DNA of 64,000 bases from an uncultured Nitrospiraceae bacterium (GTDB lineage Bacteria > Nitrospirota > Nitrospiria > Nitrospirales > Nitrospiraceae), in assembly GCA_963706325.1 (NCBI GenBank), contig CAVPLT010000004.1:448001-512000 (forward strand). The letters run 5' to 3'. How positions within the stretch are numbered: position 1 is the stretch's first letter; every line of letters begins with the position of its first letter. The translations under genes and the position numbers were made by a program. Of this stretch, positions 1-9,957 are shown piece after piece. The notes beneath the pieces were generated by a model, which was given only the letters and a program-made list of their open reading frames with translations, did no database searches and was not told the origin of the DNA.

Positions 1-43
1 GCATGATGTCCTCCTGGTAGTCCCGATAACCTGCCATGGCCTG

Positions 44-1660
44 TTAGAAGTAGAACTGGTATTGCACATTGATTCGATTCTCAATCAGATCGTGACCAAA
101 TCCTGGAAGGCTTTCAAACGGGAACCGATCGGGTGCGCGTCCACCGCTTCCCATGGTGATATTAGAGTAATCGACCACGAGTCGGTTGTTGTAGGTGCCG
201 TCAAAGCTATAGCTGAGGGCGGCGCCGAATTCTTTCATCAGATCGTTGACCTGTTTGGTGGACGGATCCATGAATCCGTACCGAAAGGCAAGCTCCAACT
301 TGCGGGGGATGATGTATTTGCCGACCTGCGCGTACCACCCGTAGGCTTGGCCAAGTTCGACCGGTGGCCCAAGGATAACATTGGTTGCCGGGTCGAATGC
401 GATGGATTGACCGTCACTATTCCGCACCCGTTGATGACGGTAATAACCTTCAGCCTGGAACGCCCATCCCTGATACTTGGCGATGAAATCAACTTCGTAG
501 GTCTGGAAGTCGTAGATACCACCTGCGAGCAGCCGGCCGTTATAGGCCTTAGTGACTGCCTGGCGATAGGCTCGATCGACAATGTCTGAGCGGATCGAAC
601 TGAGATAGTTCTGAGCCGGATTGTACGCATATCCGAACGCAATGGCGGACTGTGGGGTGCGCGAATTTAGAATATCGCCTTGGCCGTATCCCGGATTGCC
701 GGCGATTTTATAGAGGAATCTGGCGGTGTACAACATTTCGCCCGTCATGATGCGGGTGTCATAGTTAAACGTTCGTCGTTGTGAACTGGGAAGGCTCGCA
801 TTGTTCGGAAGTGCCTGACTGACCGCGGTGCCTTCTCGCGCGAGGTTTGATCCGGCCCCGCCCCAGATACCGATGGCATAGTTGAATTTATAACGGTCTT
901 CATCGCTCAGAATGGCGATTCCGATGTCGCGGCTGTTCACTTGATTTGCGGCGAACGCTCTCTGGACATTCAGGTTGTCCGCGAAGGTCGAGGTGGCGAT
1001 CGAGCTGATAAGCGCGCGGTTAAACCAGACTCGTTGTTGACCGACTTGGATTGTCGCCCATGGGATATGCCAAGAGGAAATGTATCCGTCGAGAAGGGCC
1101 GCTCGTCCGCTGCCCCCTTCTTGATTCCAAGCCGTCTGATCGAACGCCACGGAGAAGTTGTAGCGAAGGTCCGGATCGAAGGCGTATCCCAGGAATTGAA
1201 GCCGAGTGCGGGGGACCGTGAATTGACTCGAATCGCTCTGGTATCTGATGGCACGATACTCCACCTGGCCTCCCAGAATTTCTGGATTTCTCGAGTCTCC
1301 GATCGAGCCCCATGCAGAATTATAGTTGCTATGGGTATAACGAACCTGGGTCAGTAGTCGAAGTTTCAACAAGAACTTTGACCCGACGCGGAAGTTCAGT
1401 CCATTGTTGACATCGATCGTGAAGTTCGGTTTCGCCGCATACTCTTTTGTCTCGATGACTTTCAGCCCTCGCTCGTATTCCTGCTGCGTGATGATACCTT
1501 TGAGATAGAGATACTTCAGTCCAGGGTCTTCTCCCGAAACGTACTCCCATTTTCCGTCCTTCTTGACCAGCTGACCTTCCTCCACTGCCTGAGCGGAGGG
1601 TGCCGCTCCAGCAATCAGAGCGGCAAGGCCGGTCAGAACAACCATTGCAAAGATTTTCAT
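44..1660 (-). CDS. Outer-membrane porin, OprO/OprP (phosphate/oxyanion-selective)-like
   Basis: Signal peptide from ATG 1660 (MKIFAMVVL...AQA); RxRLxFxG, GQxRVxF and RDIG porin motifs; C-terminal aromatic end (YQFYF). An RBS and ATG for a further downstream gene lie at positions 2-15. Confidence 0.8.
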   Translation of the reverse strand: MKIFAMVVLTGLAALIAGAAPSAQAVEEGQLVKKDGKWEYVSGEDPGLKYLYLKGIITQQEYERGLKVIETKEYAAKPNFTIDVNNGLNFRVGSKFLLKLRLLTQVRYTHSNYNSAWGSIGDSRNPEILGGQVEYRAIRYQSDSSQFTVPRTRLQFLGYAFDPDLRYNFSVAFDQTAWNQEGGSGRAALLDGYISSWHIPWATIQVGQQRVWFNRALISSIATSTFADNLNVQRAFAANQVNSRDIGIAILSDEDRYKFNYAIGIWGGAGSNLAREGTAVSQALPNNASLPSSQRRTFNYDTRIMTGEMLYTARFLYKIAGNPGYGQGDILNSRTPQSAIAFGYAYNPAQNYLSSIRSDIVDRAYRQAVTKAYNGRLLAGGIYDFQTYEVDFIAKYQGWAFQAEGYYRHQRVRNSDGQSIAFDPATNVILGPPVELGQAYGWYAQVGKYIIPRKLELAFRYGFMDPSTKQVNDLMKEFGAALSYSFDGTYNNRLVVDYSNITMGSGGRAPDRFPFESLPGFGHDLIENRINVQYQFYF

Positions 1661-2435
1661 TACTGAGACTCCCGGTTGAATGTGAACAATGAAAGCACTT
1701 CCAGTAAAGATGAGGCTTCTAGATCCTCCTACGATCAATGTATTTTAAACATCTGTAATCCGATGAGGTATCAAATACATTAACTTGAATAATATTGTCA
1801 ACAATAAACTTTTAATTATTATCAGCATGGAAAATTTCTTCTAAACCCTGCGAGTGTCGAGACTTCCTGAAAAGAGCACGTCGTATGCCGACTGCGTATG
1901 CACTGTTCGGGAAGGCGAAACCCACTCGTTCTTCCGCGAAAAGAGAGCTTTGCTCAGCGGCATTGGGGAAGTGCACCACAACTAAAGACTGAGTCTCTGA
2001 TGGGGATGCGATTGACAGGGTGGCTTGTGAAACAGTAGCCCCTCTACAAAACCTGACTGACGTAATTTCTGTTACTCGCTCAGTCGTCCCTCGTGCGTGA
2101 CTGCTTGCCTTGTGACGGGACTTCCTAGCCCAGCCTCCGTATTAGCTAATTCTGGATTTTGGCAAACTCTGTTAAATACCTGAGATAAGGCAAAGGGCGT
2201 GGAACGGGTTGCCTCCTTGCTTAATATAGGAGAGGGTGGACGCATCGCCGCGATCGTCCTATGTTGGATGAGGGTGCGCTACTCCCTCGCACAAGCTATC
2301 ACCCATTGCGAAGAGCTCTTTCAATGATTCGGTCTTCGAGCGACAGGTTATGAACTCATTGAGTGCGCCAGCATGCCCCTCGGCGGTCTGGAGTGGGGGA
2401 CGATAACGCGCAGTAATCGTGGCCGCAACTGAGAG

Positions 2436-2864
2436 TTACCGGAGAAACGACGGCATCACGTGAATAGCGTCCGGGAGAATAGGCACCAGCACGCGGTCCC
2501 AGGCATGCGGCGCCCGGTTCAGCCAACTAATTCTCTGCGTTCTCATGAGGGTCGTGAATTGGCCGAGAATGTTGACGAGGATTGCATTGTTGGGTCGCGT
2601 TGCCGGAACGACTCGCGCGGGCGAAGTGTTAACACTCATCACTTCTGGTGAATACGGGGACTCCAGGCACATCTCGCGGAGCGACTGTGAGCGTGACGTG
2701 GTGACCGAGGTCGAGGGGACTTGCAAGGCCCTTGACTCCTCGTTGCCATTGATGAAATTCAAAAATGATGGCGATCCAACACCCCTGTCTGCGACCGCGT
2801 AAAAATCAAATCCTGCCGTGACGCGTTGACAGACATGTTGGAAAAGGATAGATGGGCCTTTCAT
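2436..2864 (-). CDS. Hypothetical protein or remnant with a C-terminal TOBE-like segment
   Basis: C-terminus (ILVNILGQFTTL...LNRAPHAWDRVLVPILPDAIHV) resembles the middle of 8257..9090 (VVSVNLHNDPVTL...LNWVPQVWDTVNIVVDPTKISL). Confidence 0.4.
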   Translation of the reverse strand: MKGPSILFQHVCQRVTAGFDFYAVADRGVGSPSFLNFINGNEESRALQVPSTSVTTSRSQSLREMCLESPYSPEVMSVNTSPARVVPATRPNNAILVNILGQFTTLMRTQRISWLNRAPHAWDRVLVPILPDAIHVMPSFLR

Positions 2865-2998
2865 GGAGAGATTGTGCGCATGAAATTTTAAAATGTGAAG
2901 GAGTGGAAATTATGAGCCCTCTAGCATAAAAACCCAGGAAGGCTGATGCCCGAGGGGAGTCGCACCAATGTTTAGAAACGTAGGGAAGGATAATCTGA

Positions 2999-3394
2999 AT
3001 GCGTTCGAAGGTACTCCCTTGGATATGTATTGTGGCGGTAATGCTGGTAGCCGGCTGCGGGCTTTCGAAATTAACGATCTATCCGGGGACTGCCTTGACA
3101 CCTGATCTGCATGAGGAGGGCATGCTGAGCCTCGGTCAGGTAGAAACCTGCCGAGGAGCATTTTGCCCGTCGAGGGATGGGGAAGGTGGCCAGGAGTGGC
3201 CGTTGGCATTATCATCCGTTCCGCCCGCCGCTACGTACTATGCTGCCCTTAGGAAGCGAGGAGCGACTCAGTACCGTGTGCCAGAGCAAGATGTGCGGCT
3301 CGGAGAAGTGACGGTGAAGTATTACGTCGAACTTGACGGCACGATTGTGGGTTGGACAGCCAAGGCGCTAGCTGGGAAGCAAACCAAGCCGTAG
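2999..3394 (+). CDS. Hypothetical lipoprotein
   Basis: Lipobox LVAGC after a hydrophobic stretch; CRGAFC pair. Confidence 0.7.
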   Translation: MRSKVLPWICIVAVMLVAGCGLSKLTIYPGTALTPDLHEEGMLSLGQVETCRGAFCPSRDGEGGQEWPLALSSVPPAATYYAALRKRGATQYRVPEQDVRLGEVTVKYYVELDGTIVGWTAKALAGKQTKP

Positions 3395-3514
3395 AAGACG
3401 GTCTTGTCTCCTCACTAACCGGATGGTTTTAAGTAACTTCTGTGGCGAAGGCGTTGCGGCACTGACTCCCACATTCCGGTTTCGCAGTTCTTTTTTTGGG
3501 GGCCAGGGTCATCG

Positions 3515-3541
3515 ATTACATAATAATTGACACAATGTAAT
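3515..3541. promoter_or_regulatory. Palindromic operator candidate ATTACAT-N13-ATGTAAT overlapping a TTGACA -35 box
   Basis: Perfect 7-bp arms; TTGACA at 3527-3532; directly upstream of the regulator gene. Confidence 0.55.
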
Positions 3542-3566
3542 GTATCATGATATCACCCCTGCCGCT

Positions 3567-4760
3567 ATGAGTGAAAAAAGCAAAGCCGAACCGGCCTCGA
3601 ATGTCGTCAATTCTCTGCGCGCGTTACGTATGGCAAAAGGCTTGTCTCAGGGCCAACTCGCCGACGGAGCACTGATCACCCGCCAGGCCGTGTGCGCTAT
3701 CGAAGCCGATCAATACTTGCCGACGACGGCCGTCGCGCTGCGGCTTGCCAGCGTGTTGGGATGTCATGTGGAAGATATCTTCAGTCTCAAAACGACCGGC
3801 GAGTTGATCGAAGGTGAGTGGGTCTGGCCCGGCATGGTCGCCTCAGCCGTTCAGCCCCGCACTAGGGTCAAGGTGGCCAAGATCGAGGATCGATATGTCG
3901 TCCGGCCCGTCGCGGCCTTGGGTGAAATCTTGAATTACACCGTCCCTGCAGACGGTCTCATCATCGGCAAGGCCGGGTCCGGCGTGCGCTCAGCCAAGTC
4001 CGACCGCCGTGTGCTGGTACGTTTGCTACGTGAGCGGCAGATTGTGGAACGAGAAATTGCGGTCGCCGGCTGTGATCCGGCCATCAATTTGGCGAGTGAG
4101 TATCTCCATAGGCACAAGGACACTTCGACGGTCGTAGGCTGGTCGATGGGAAGCGCGGCGGCGTTGGATGCGCTCAAGCGCAAAGAAGTGCACATGGCGG
4201 GATTGCATATCCTGGATGCGAAGACAGGTGAGTCGAACTTGCCATATCTCCGTCGTCACCTGCAAGGAGACGACTATATCGTCGTCACCTTTGCCGCATG
4301 GGAAGAGGGACTCATCGTACGCGAAGGCAATCCCAAGCGTATTCGCGGGGTGGATGACCTAGTTCGTCCGAACGTGGTGCTGGTAAACCGTGAAGAAGGC
4401 GCCGCAGCCAGAATGCTGCTGGATCAACGTCTCCTGACATTGGGCATCGACGGTACCGGGCTGAAGGGGTACGGTTTGAATGTCAGCTCGCATTTCGAGG
4501 TCGCGCGGCATATTGCCGAAGGCCAGGCCGATGCCGGCATCGGCGTACGATCCGCCGCTCAGATTTTCGGCCTCGATTTCATTCCGTTGCAGCAGGCCCG
4601 CTACGATCTCGTCCTTCCGAAGCGCTATTTGGCTAGTCATCCTGGGCTGTCCCATCTTCTCGACGCGATCGCCAGCCGGCAGTTCCGCACGGAGGTGGAA
4701 GCGTTGGGCGGTTACGACATGACAGAAACAGGGAAGGTGCGTAACCTTCGCGCCGGATAG
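3567..4760 (+). CDS. XRE-HTH + PBP (molybdate-binding-type) transcriptional regulator
   Basis: N-terminal LRALRMAKGLSQGQLA...ITRQAV HTH; C-terminal PBP-like domain (GSAAAL..L, AGLH, LVNREEGAAAR.LLD, ADAGIG, LDFIPL, LGGYD). Confidence 0.85.
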   Translation: MSEKSKAEPASNVVNSLRALRMAKGLSQGQLADGALITRQAVCAIEADQYLPTTAVALRLASVLGCHVEDIFSLKTTGELIEGEWVWPGMVASAVQPRTRVKVAKIEDRYVVRPVAALGEILNYTVPADGLIIGKAGSGVRSAKSDRRVLVRLLRERQIVEREIAVAGCDPAINLASEYLHRHKDTSTVVGWSMGSAAALDALKRKEVHMAGLHILDAKTGESNLPYLRRHLQGDDYIVVTFAAWEEGLIVREGNPKRIRGVDDLVRPNVVLVNREEGAAARMLLDQRLLTLGIDGTGLKGYGLNVSSHFEVARHIAEGQADAGIGVRSAAQIFGLDFIPLQQARYDLVLPKRYLASHPGLSHLLDAIASRQFRTEVEALGGYDMTETGKVRNLRAG

Positions 4761-4824
4761 CGGCGGCGTTTGTGGCAGCTGCATGGGTGTGAAACGACAT
4801 TATATTTCCAAGGTGAGGATATTT

Positions 4825-5667
4825 ATGAAGAGCCATGCTCGGGTTCGGAATGTGATCGGGACCTTTCTCGCTTTGTTCGTTTTCGGCACATTCGCAGTGG
4901 ATCTACAGGCCACCCCTGCCGAAGCCGGTGAGACATTCGTCATCGCGGCTTCCCCGAGCTTGAAAAATGTCTTGGAACGGCTTGGCGATGGGTTTGAAAA
5001 AAGCCACCCCGGCGTGCATGTGCAGATCTACTTCGATTCCGGTTTGGCCCTCCGGCAAACCATCGCCGGCATGGAGAACAGCATGGTGGGCCGATATTTC
5101 ATCGGAACCGGTCCCATCAATCTTATCGCGCCGGGAGGCGATGAGTTGATCTCCCGTCTGGAGGCAAAGTACTACGTGTTGCCCTCTACGAAGCGGCCCT
5201 ATGCGGTGGATCAATTGGTGGTCGTCGTGCCTGAATCGCTGGTTGAGGCGCCTGACTCTCTCGAAGCCATTCGTCGAGGTACAGTTCGTCTGGCGGTGGC
5301 CGATCCGTCCCGTACTCGGTTGGGCACGCAGACCGGCGACATGCTCAGGTCTCTCGGTCTTGATGAGGCTCTTAAGGGACGTCTGGATCTGGCGACGGAT
5401 TCCCACGGCGTAATCGATCATGTCCTCAGCGGGCAGGCGGATGCCGGCATCATCTTTGGTCATGAGGCCGTGCGGGCACAGGAAAGGCTGCGGGTCACGA
5501 CCATCATAGAGACAGGGTATAGCCAAACGGTTCATTCCATGGTGATGGAGCGGTATTGCCCCGATCGTCCTCTATGCGAGGAGTTCCTGACCTTCATTCA
5601 AGGCGCCGAAGGGCAGGCCATTGTGCGGCAGGCTGGACATGCAGTACCCGCGGGCAAGCTGAAGTAA
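4825..5667 (+). CDS. Atypical ModA-like ABC substrate-binding protein
   Basis: ModA architecture (IAASPSL, LAVADP, V.SGQADAGII); signal peptide; GAGGA RBS. Confidence 0.75.
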   Translation: MKSHARVRNVIGTFLALFVFGTFAVDLQATPAEAGETFVIAASPSLKNVLERLGDGFEKSHPGVHVQIYFDSGLALRQTIAGMENSMVGRYFIGTGPINLIAPGGDELISRLEAKYYVLPSTKRPYAVDQLVVVVPESLVEAPDSLEAIRRGTVRLAVADPSRTRLGTQTGDMLRSLGLDEALKGRLDLATDSHGVIDHVLSGQADAGIIFGHEAVRAQERLRVTTIIETGYSQTVHSMVMERYCPDRPLCEEFLTFIQGAEGQAIVRQAGHAVPAGKLK

Positions 5668-5743
5668 TTTTTTGCCTGGCCCGCAAGTATACTTAAATTT
5701 ATTTATACTAAACAGTAACTCAGAGTCTTTGTAAGGAGGAGCG

Positions 5744-6421
5744 ATGAGGGAAGGAAGCGTCGGGATAGGTTGGAAACGCGTCGGAATGCTCGCGTGCGTC
5801 ATCGCCTGGATCGCGGGAATCACCACGACAGGGTGCGCGAGGTTGCCGTACACAACCAAGACGGTTCACGAGGACGAGCGAATCGTCGTCAATGTGCAGC
5901 GGGAGGTTGAGCCACAGACCTACTCCCATCCGATACAACTGACGAGCACTGAGGTGGTCGCCCTTCTAAGGGGCTTCTCGGTCCGCGAACAACAGCGCCT
6001 GCCCCTGCGCTGGTTCGCCGAAGAACTTCCACCGAAGCCACTGTTCCGCCTGGACGAACTTGAAGCTCTCGCACCTCACCTTGCAGATGCGCTCCAGCAG
6101 TTGGGGCCGAACGAACGTGCGCATTTCGAGGTCCGCGGGCCGGGAAATAACCCTCGATACGGCCGTGATACCGTGTCGGGATGGATGGCGGTCCGTGATC
6201 CCTATCTGTACCTGAAGGTCGAATACTTTCACAATCAAATCCCTATCCGGAAATCAGATAACTACGATTACAACTATCCGCTGACCCCCCCCACGCCGAA
6301 GAATTACATTCTCTACTTCGAGCCGGGCCGCTTCTGGCTTGCCGACGACAAAGGAACCAGAGCCGTCGACTATCGGCAATTCCTCAAATCTGGACAGTCC
6401 GGCGGCACCACCACGCGCTGA
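5744..6421 (+). CDS. Hypothetical lipoprotein
   Basis: AAGGAGG RBS; lipobox-like TTGC. Confidence 0.75.
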   Translation: MREGSVGIGWKRVGMLACVIAWIAGITTTGCARLPYTTKTVHEDERIVVNVQREVEPQTYSHPIQLTSTEVVALLRGFSVREQQRLPLRWFAEELPPKPLFRLDELEALAPHLADALQQLGPNERAHFEVRGPGNNPRYGRDTVSGWMAVRDPYLYLKVEYFHNQIPIRKSDNYDYNYPLTPPTPKNYILYFEPGRFWLADDKGTRAVDYRQFLKSGQSGGTTTR

Positions 6422-6503
6422 TATCCAGCGGGCGATCGGGCCTTGGTCAGCCAGGATTAAAAATTAGGTAAACATAGTTATAAAACTACAGGGAAAGGCA
6501 TTC

Positions 6504-8234
6504 ATGAATACACGATGGCGATCGGTGCATCTTCATTCCGACTTGGTCGGCCTCGAGAAAATTATCTTTCCAGTGATGCTGGTATGTGTGCTGCTGTTCG
6601 GCTATTCGTCCCCAGGGTTAGCAGCCGAGGTCGGCAAACTGGTGGAGAAGGACGGCAAGTACGTGTTTGTGGAAAGTATGGATCCGTCGATGAGACTCCT
6701 GCTGGAGCGTTCGGTGAAGAGCGGCATGATCACGCAGGAAGAATATAACAAAGTCGTTCAGGATTCCGAAGAGCGCTCGCAGCTGCTCGCGCCGAGTTTT
6801 AAGGGCTGGTATGACCGCGGATTTAACCTCTCATTTAACGACAATGCTTTTTTTCTGAAGATCAGGTTTCGGGCGCAGCTTCGTTTCACCGAGCGGATTC
6901 GAAACGATGCCTGGCGCAATCCCGGTGAAGCCAAAAACTTCCCGGAGTTGCTCGGGGTGTTCGGAGACTATCGGGCCAATCGTTCAGAAAACTACGCATC
7001 TACATTCAATATACGGCGAATGCGGTTCTATTTCATGGGCCATTTGTTTGATCCGGACTTTAAATACTACATTCAATTCCGCTCAGAGACCGCAGAAAAT
7101 GCGCAGACCCCCGGAGCTCTCTCGCTGCTGGACATGAATTTCACGTCCACGCATTTTAAATGGGCGAATGTTCAGTTGGGTCAATACAAAGTCTATTTCA
7201 ACCGGTCACAGATCAACTCCACTGCGTCTATGCAGTTTGCAGACCGATCCTTGGTCCAAGATGCTTTTACCGCGAGCGGTTTGGATCGGCGCGATATCGG
7301 TATCACGATCATGAACGATGAGGAGTTGTTTCCGATTAATTATTACTTTGGCGTGTTCAACGGCGCCGGCCCTAGCTTCAATCGGCTCGGATCATTTGGG
7401 TCTGAACAAGCTACAGAGGGTTGTCCCGGAGGACAAACCAGCGGAAATCCGTTTCCTTCACCTGCGAGCTGCCCGGCTAATCAGCGCAATTTAAATGCCA
7501 ATACTCGCTTCGATGTCGACCGACTTCTGTACGTCGCCCGCTTAAGTTGGAATATCTTGGGACGAGCTGGTTACGGCGAAGGGGATCTGGCTTATTCTGA
7601 AAAGCCGCAATTAGCAATTGGAGGCGGTTTCGCCTGGAATCCCGCGGTTAATACAAGTTCAGATAACGCATTCGTCGGTCTGGACTTGGCCAACTTGAAC
7701 ATCAGGCGACAACTGGCCGCGTTTGGTAACGGCCGGCAATTAGGCATCGGAATCGTGGATTATGCCACTTATGCGATAGATGGCGCATTTAAGTATCGAG
7801 GATTTTCCCTGCAGGGAGAAGCGTACTTTAAAAATATCAACCGGCATGAGAAAGGGTTGCCTTGTATGAATGCGGCCTGTACGGCCACTGCACCCAATAC
7901 GTTCGGCAATGCCACGGGTTTTTATGTGCAATCCGGCTATTATCTGATTCCCCGCACTCTGGAGCTCGCTGGTCGCTTTTCCTATTGGGACCCGGACACC
8001 CATTCGGCCAATGACTTGATTAGACAAACTGACGCGTCAATAAATTGGTTCTTGAACGGGACCTATGACCATCAAATCATGGTGACTTATAGCAACACTC
8101 AGTTCGGAACCGGTGGGTATGCCATAGGCCGTAGCAATCCACTTCCTCCCGGCTCAGGGACGGTTCCTTTAGATGCGGTGGGTGGAACCTTGATCGAACA
8201 TGCGATTCGGATGCAGTACCAAATCTTCTTTTAG
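6504..8234 (+). CDS. Second OprO/OprP-like outer-membrane porin
   Basis: Paralog of 44..1660 (shared GxLVxKDGK, GxITQxEY, FDPD, RDIGI, FxLxGTY); ends YQIFF. Confidence 0.8.
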   Translation: MNTRWRSVHLHSDLVGLEKIIFPVMLVCVLLFGYSSPGLAAEVGKLVEKDGKYVFVESMDPSMRLLLERSVKSGMITQEEYNKVVQDSEERSQLLAPSFKGWYDRGFNLSFNDNAFFLKIRFRAQLRFTERIRNDAWRNPGEAKNFPELLGVFGDYRANRSENYASTFNIRRMRFYFMGHLFDPDFKYYIQFRSETAENAQTPGALSLLDMNFTSTHFKWANVQLGQYKVYFNRSQINSTASMQFADRSLVQDAFTASGLDRRDIGITIMNDEELFPINYYFGVFNGAGPSFNRLGSFGSEQATEGCPGGQTSGNPFPSPASCPANQRNLNANTRFDVDRLLYVARLSWNILGRAGYGEGDLAYSEKPQLAIGGGFAWNPAVNTSSDNAFVGLDLANLNIRRQLAAFGNGRQLGIGIVDYATYAIDGAFKYRGFSLQGEAYFKNINRHEKGLPCMNAACTATAPNTFGNATGFYVQSGYYLIPRTLELAGRFSYWDPDTHSANDLIRQTDASINWFLNGTYDHQIMVTYSNTQFGTGGYAIGRSNPLPPGSGTVPLDAVGGTLIEHAIRMQYQIFF

Positions 8235-8256
8235 TCTATAGAGAGGAGAACACATC

Positions 8257-9090
8257 ATGGTGATCCCAGACAACGAGACGCATGCCAGCGTTGGGGCGCG
8301 AAGGAGCGTCGGCGATGGGTTGGGAACAACGGCAGCCTTATCGATGCACTCGTGGGTCAACATGATTCCCGGTCAGGTCAGCGCAATCCACCGGGGCCTG
8401 CTGAACGTGGGGATTCGCGTGCGTATTGGAGAACGGACGGATCTCCGGGTTCGATGGCCATTGGGCTTCCATGTGAGGTCTGAATCGGTGCATGGCGTAT
8501 CGGTCAAGGCAGCAATTCCAGTGGAGGCGATCCATCTTGAATCCGGTTATTTCAGATTGGGAAAGCGACGCTGGAATCGGTGGGTCGGACGAATTACGTT
8601 TGTCGAGAGGCTGCAAGATAGACGGGTTGTCTCGGTGAACCTCCATAACGATCCGGTCACGCTCAAGTGCTGCGGCTCGATGACAGGGTTGAATTGGGTG
8701 CCTCAGGTCTGGGACACCGTGAACATCGTCGTGGACCCCACGAAAATCAGCCTCGATGTCAGCCTGAAGATCGATGATACGTCGAACGTCAGCCATGACC
8801 GGGAAACGTTCGACCCCTGTCGAGATGCGCGAGTCTGGATGAGAGCGCAGGTGACGGAAGTCGCAGAGGCGTCAGAGGGTAGGTTTCTCTCACTCCTGAT
8901 AGGGACGGCGCGAGTCTCCGTGTTTATCGGTCGGGAGGAGGACAGTTTTGGCCGGTGGAACTCCGGAATGACTCTCGACATTCATGTCGGACGGTATGAC
9001 GCATGGCTCAAGCCCTGCCGCAGTGATTGTGCACCCGTCTTGTGTGGGTTACTCTATCTTGACTCTCATTCTCTTGCAGCCGGACGATAG
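8257..9090 (+). CDS. Multi-TOBE/OB-fold-like hypothetical protein
   Basis: Repeated NxIxGxV / NRWxGRI TOBE-like units; mod locus context. Confidence 0.55.
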   Translation: MVIPDNETHASVGARRSVGDGLGTTAALSMHSWVNMIPGQVSAIHRGLLNVGIRVRIGERTDLRVRWPLGFHVRSESVHGVSVKAAIPVEAIHLESGYFRLGKRRWNRWVGRITFVERLQDRRVVSVNLHNDPVTLKCCGSMTGLNWVPQVWDTVNIVVDPTKISLDVSLKIDDTSNVSHDRETFDPCRDARVWMRAQVTEVAEASEGRFLSLLIGTARVSVFIGREEDSFGRWNSGMTLDIHVGRYDAWLKPCRSDCAPVLCGLLYLDSHSLAAGR

Positions 9091-9156
9091 GGGGTCTGCA
9101 CGCATCTGCAATTGTCAGGGTGTATTCGCGGTCTTATGATGAAAGGAGTATCACCT

Positions 9157-9957
9157 GTGCGTTTGGGCAACTCTATACGAAGGATGTGGGTCACGGGCTG
9201 GATGTTGGCGCTCGTTGTGGCGGCAACCTCTGTCGGCGGAATGTCTGTCGTTCGCGCTGACGAGGTGACTGTGGCGGCCGCGTCCGACCTCAACTTCGCC
9301 ATCAAAGAATTGATTGCGGAGTATGAGAAGCAGAGCGGACACCATGTGAAACTCTCGCTCGGTTCGTCCGGAAATTTCTATGCGCAACTTCAGCAAGGAG
9401 CGCCGTTCGATCTGTATTTTTCGGCGGACATTGGTTATCCCAAGAAACTGGAAGAAGCCGGCCTCACGGTGCCGGGGACGCTCTATCGATACGCGATCGG
9501 CCGTGTGGTGCTCTGGGTGCCGAAGAGTTCATCGCTTGATGTCGCGAAGGGGCTCGGGGTGCTTCGAGATCCGGGGATTCGGAAAATTGCCATTGCCAAT
9601 CCCAAGCATGCGCCGTATGGTCGTGCGGCGGTGGCGGCAATGGAACATCAGCAGGTCTATGATGATGTAAAGGATCGGCTCGTGCTGGGCGAAAATATTT
9701 CACAAGCGGCGCAGTTCATCGAATCCGGCGCCTGCGATGTGGGAATTATCGCCTTGTCGTTAGCGATGGCTCCGGCAATGAAGAGCGCCGGAACTTATTG
9801 GGAAATTCCTGCGGATAACCATTCACCACTGGAACAGGGGGCGGTCATTATGAAACAGTCCAAGAAGCAGGAGATCGCCAGACAGTTCCTAGAATTCATG
9901 AAAGGTGCGCGAGGTCAGGAGATCATGACTCGTTATGGATTCACATTACCGAGTTGA
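9157..9957 (+). CDS. modA: Molybdate ABC transporter substrate-binding protein
   Basis: AAASDL, GSSG.F..Q...GAPFDLYFSAD, IAIANPKHAPYG, GENISQA; GTG start after AAGGAG. Confidence 0.93.
   Translation: MRLGNSIRRMWVTGWMLALVVAATSVGGMSVVRADEVTVAAASDLNFAIKELIAEYEKQSGHHVKLSLGSSGNFYAQLQQGAPFDLYFSADIGYPKKLEEAGLTVPGTLYRYAIGRVVLWVPKSSSLDVAKGLGVLRDPGIRKIAIANPKHAPYGRAAVAAMEHQQVYDDVKDRLVLGENISQAAQFIESGACDVGIIALSLAMAPAMKSAGTYWEIPADNHSPLEQGAVIMKQSKKQEIARQFLEFMKGARGQEIMTRYGFTLPS

Noticed and set aside
2030..2175. Possible Moco riboswitch (GCCTCCGTATT, hairpins) in the mod locus
   Set aside because: Only a short motif matches and there is no adjacent downstream gene; an Infernal search would be needed
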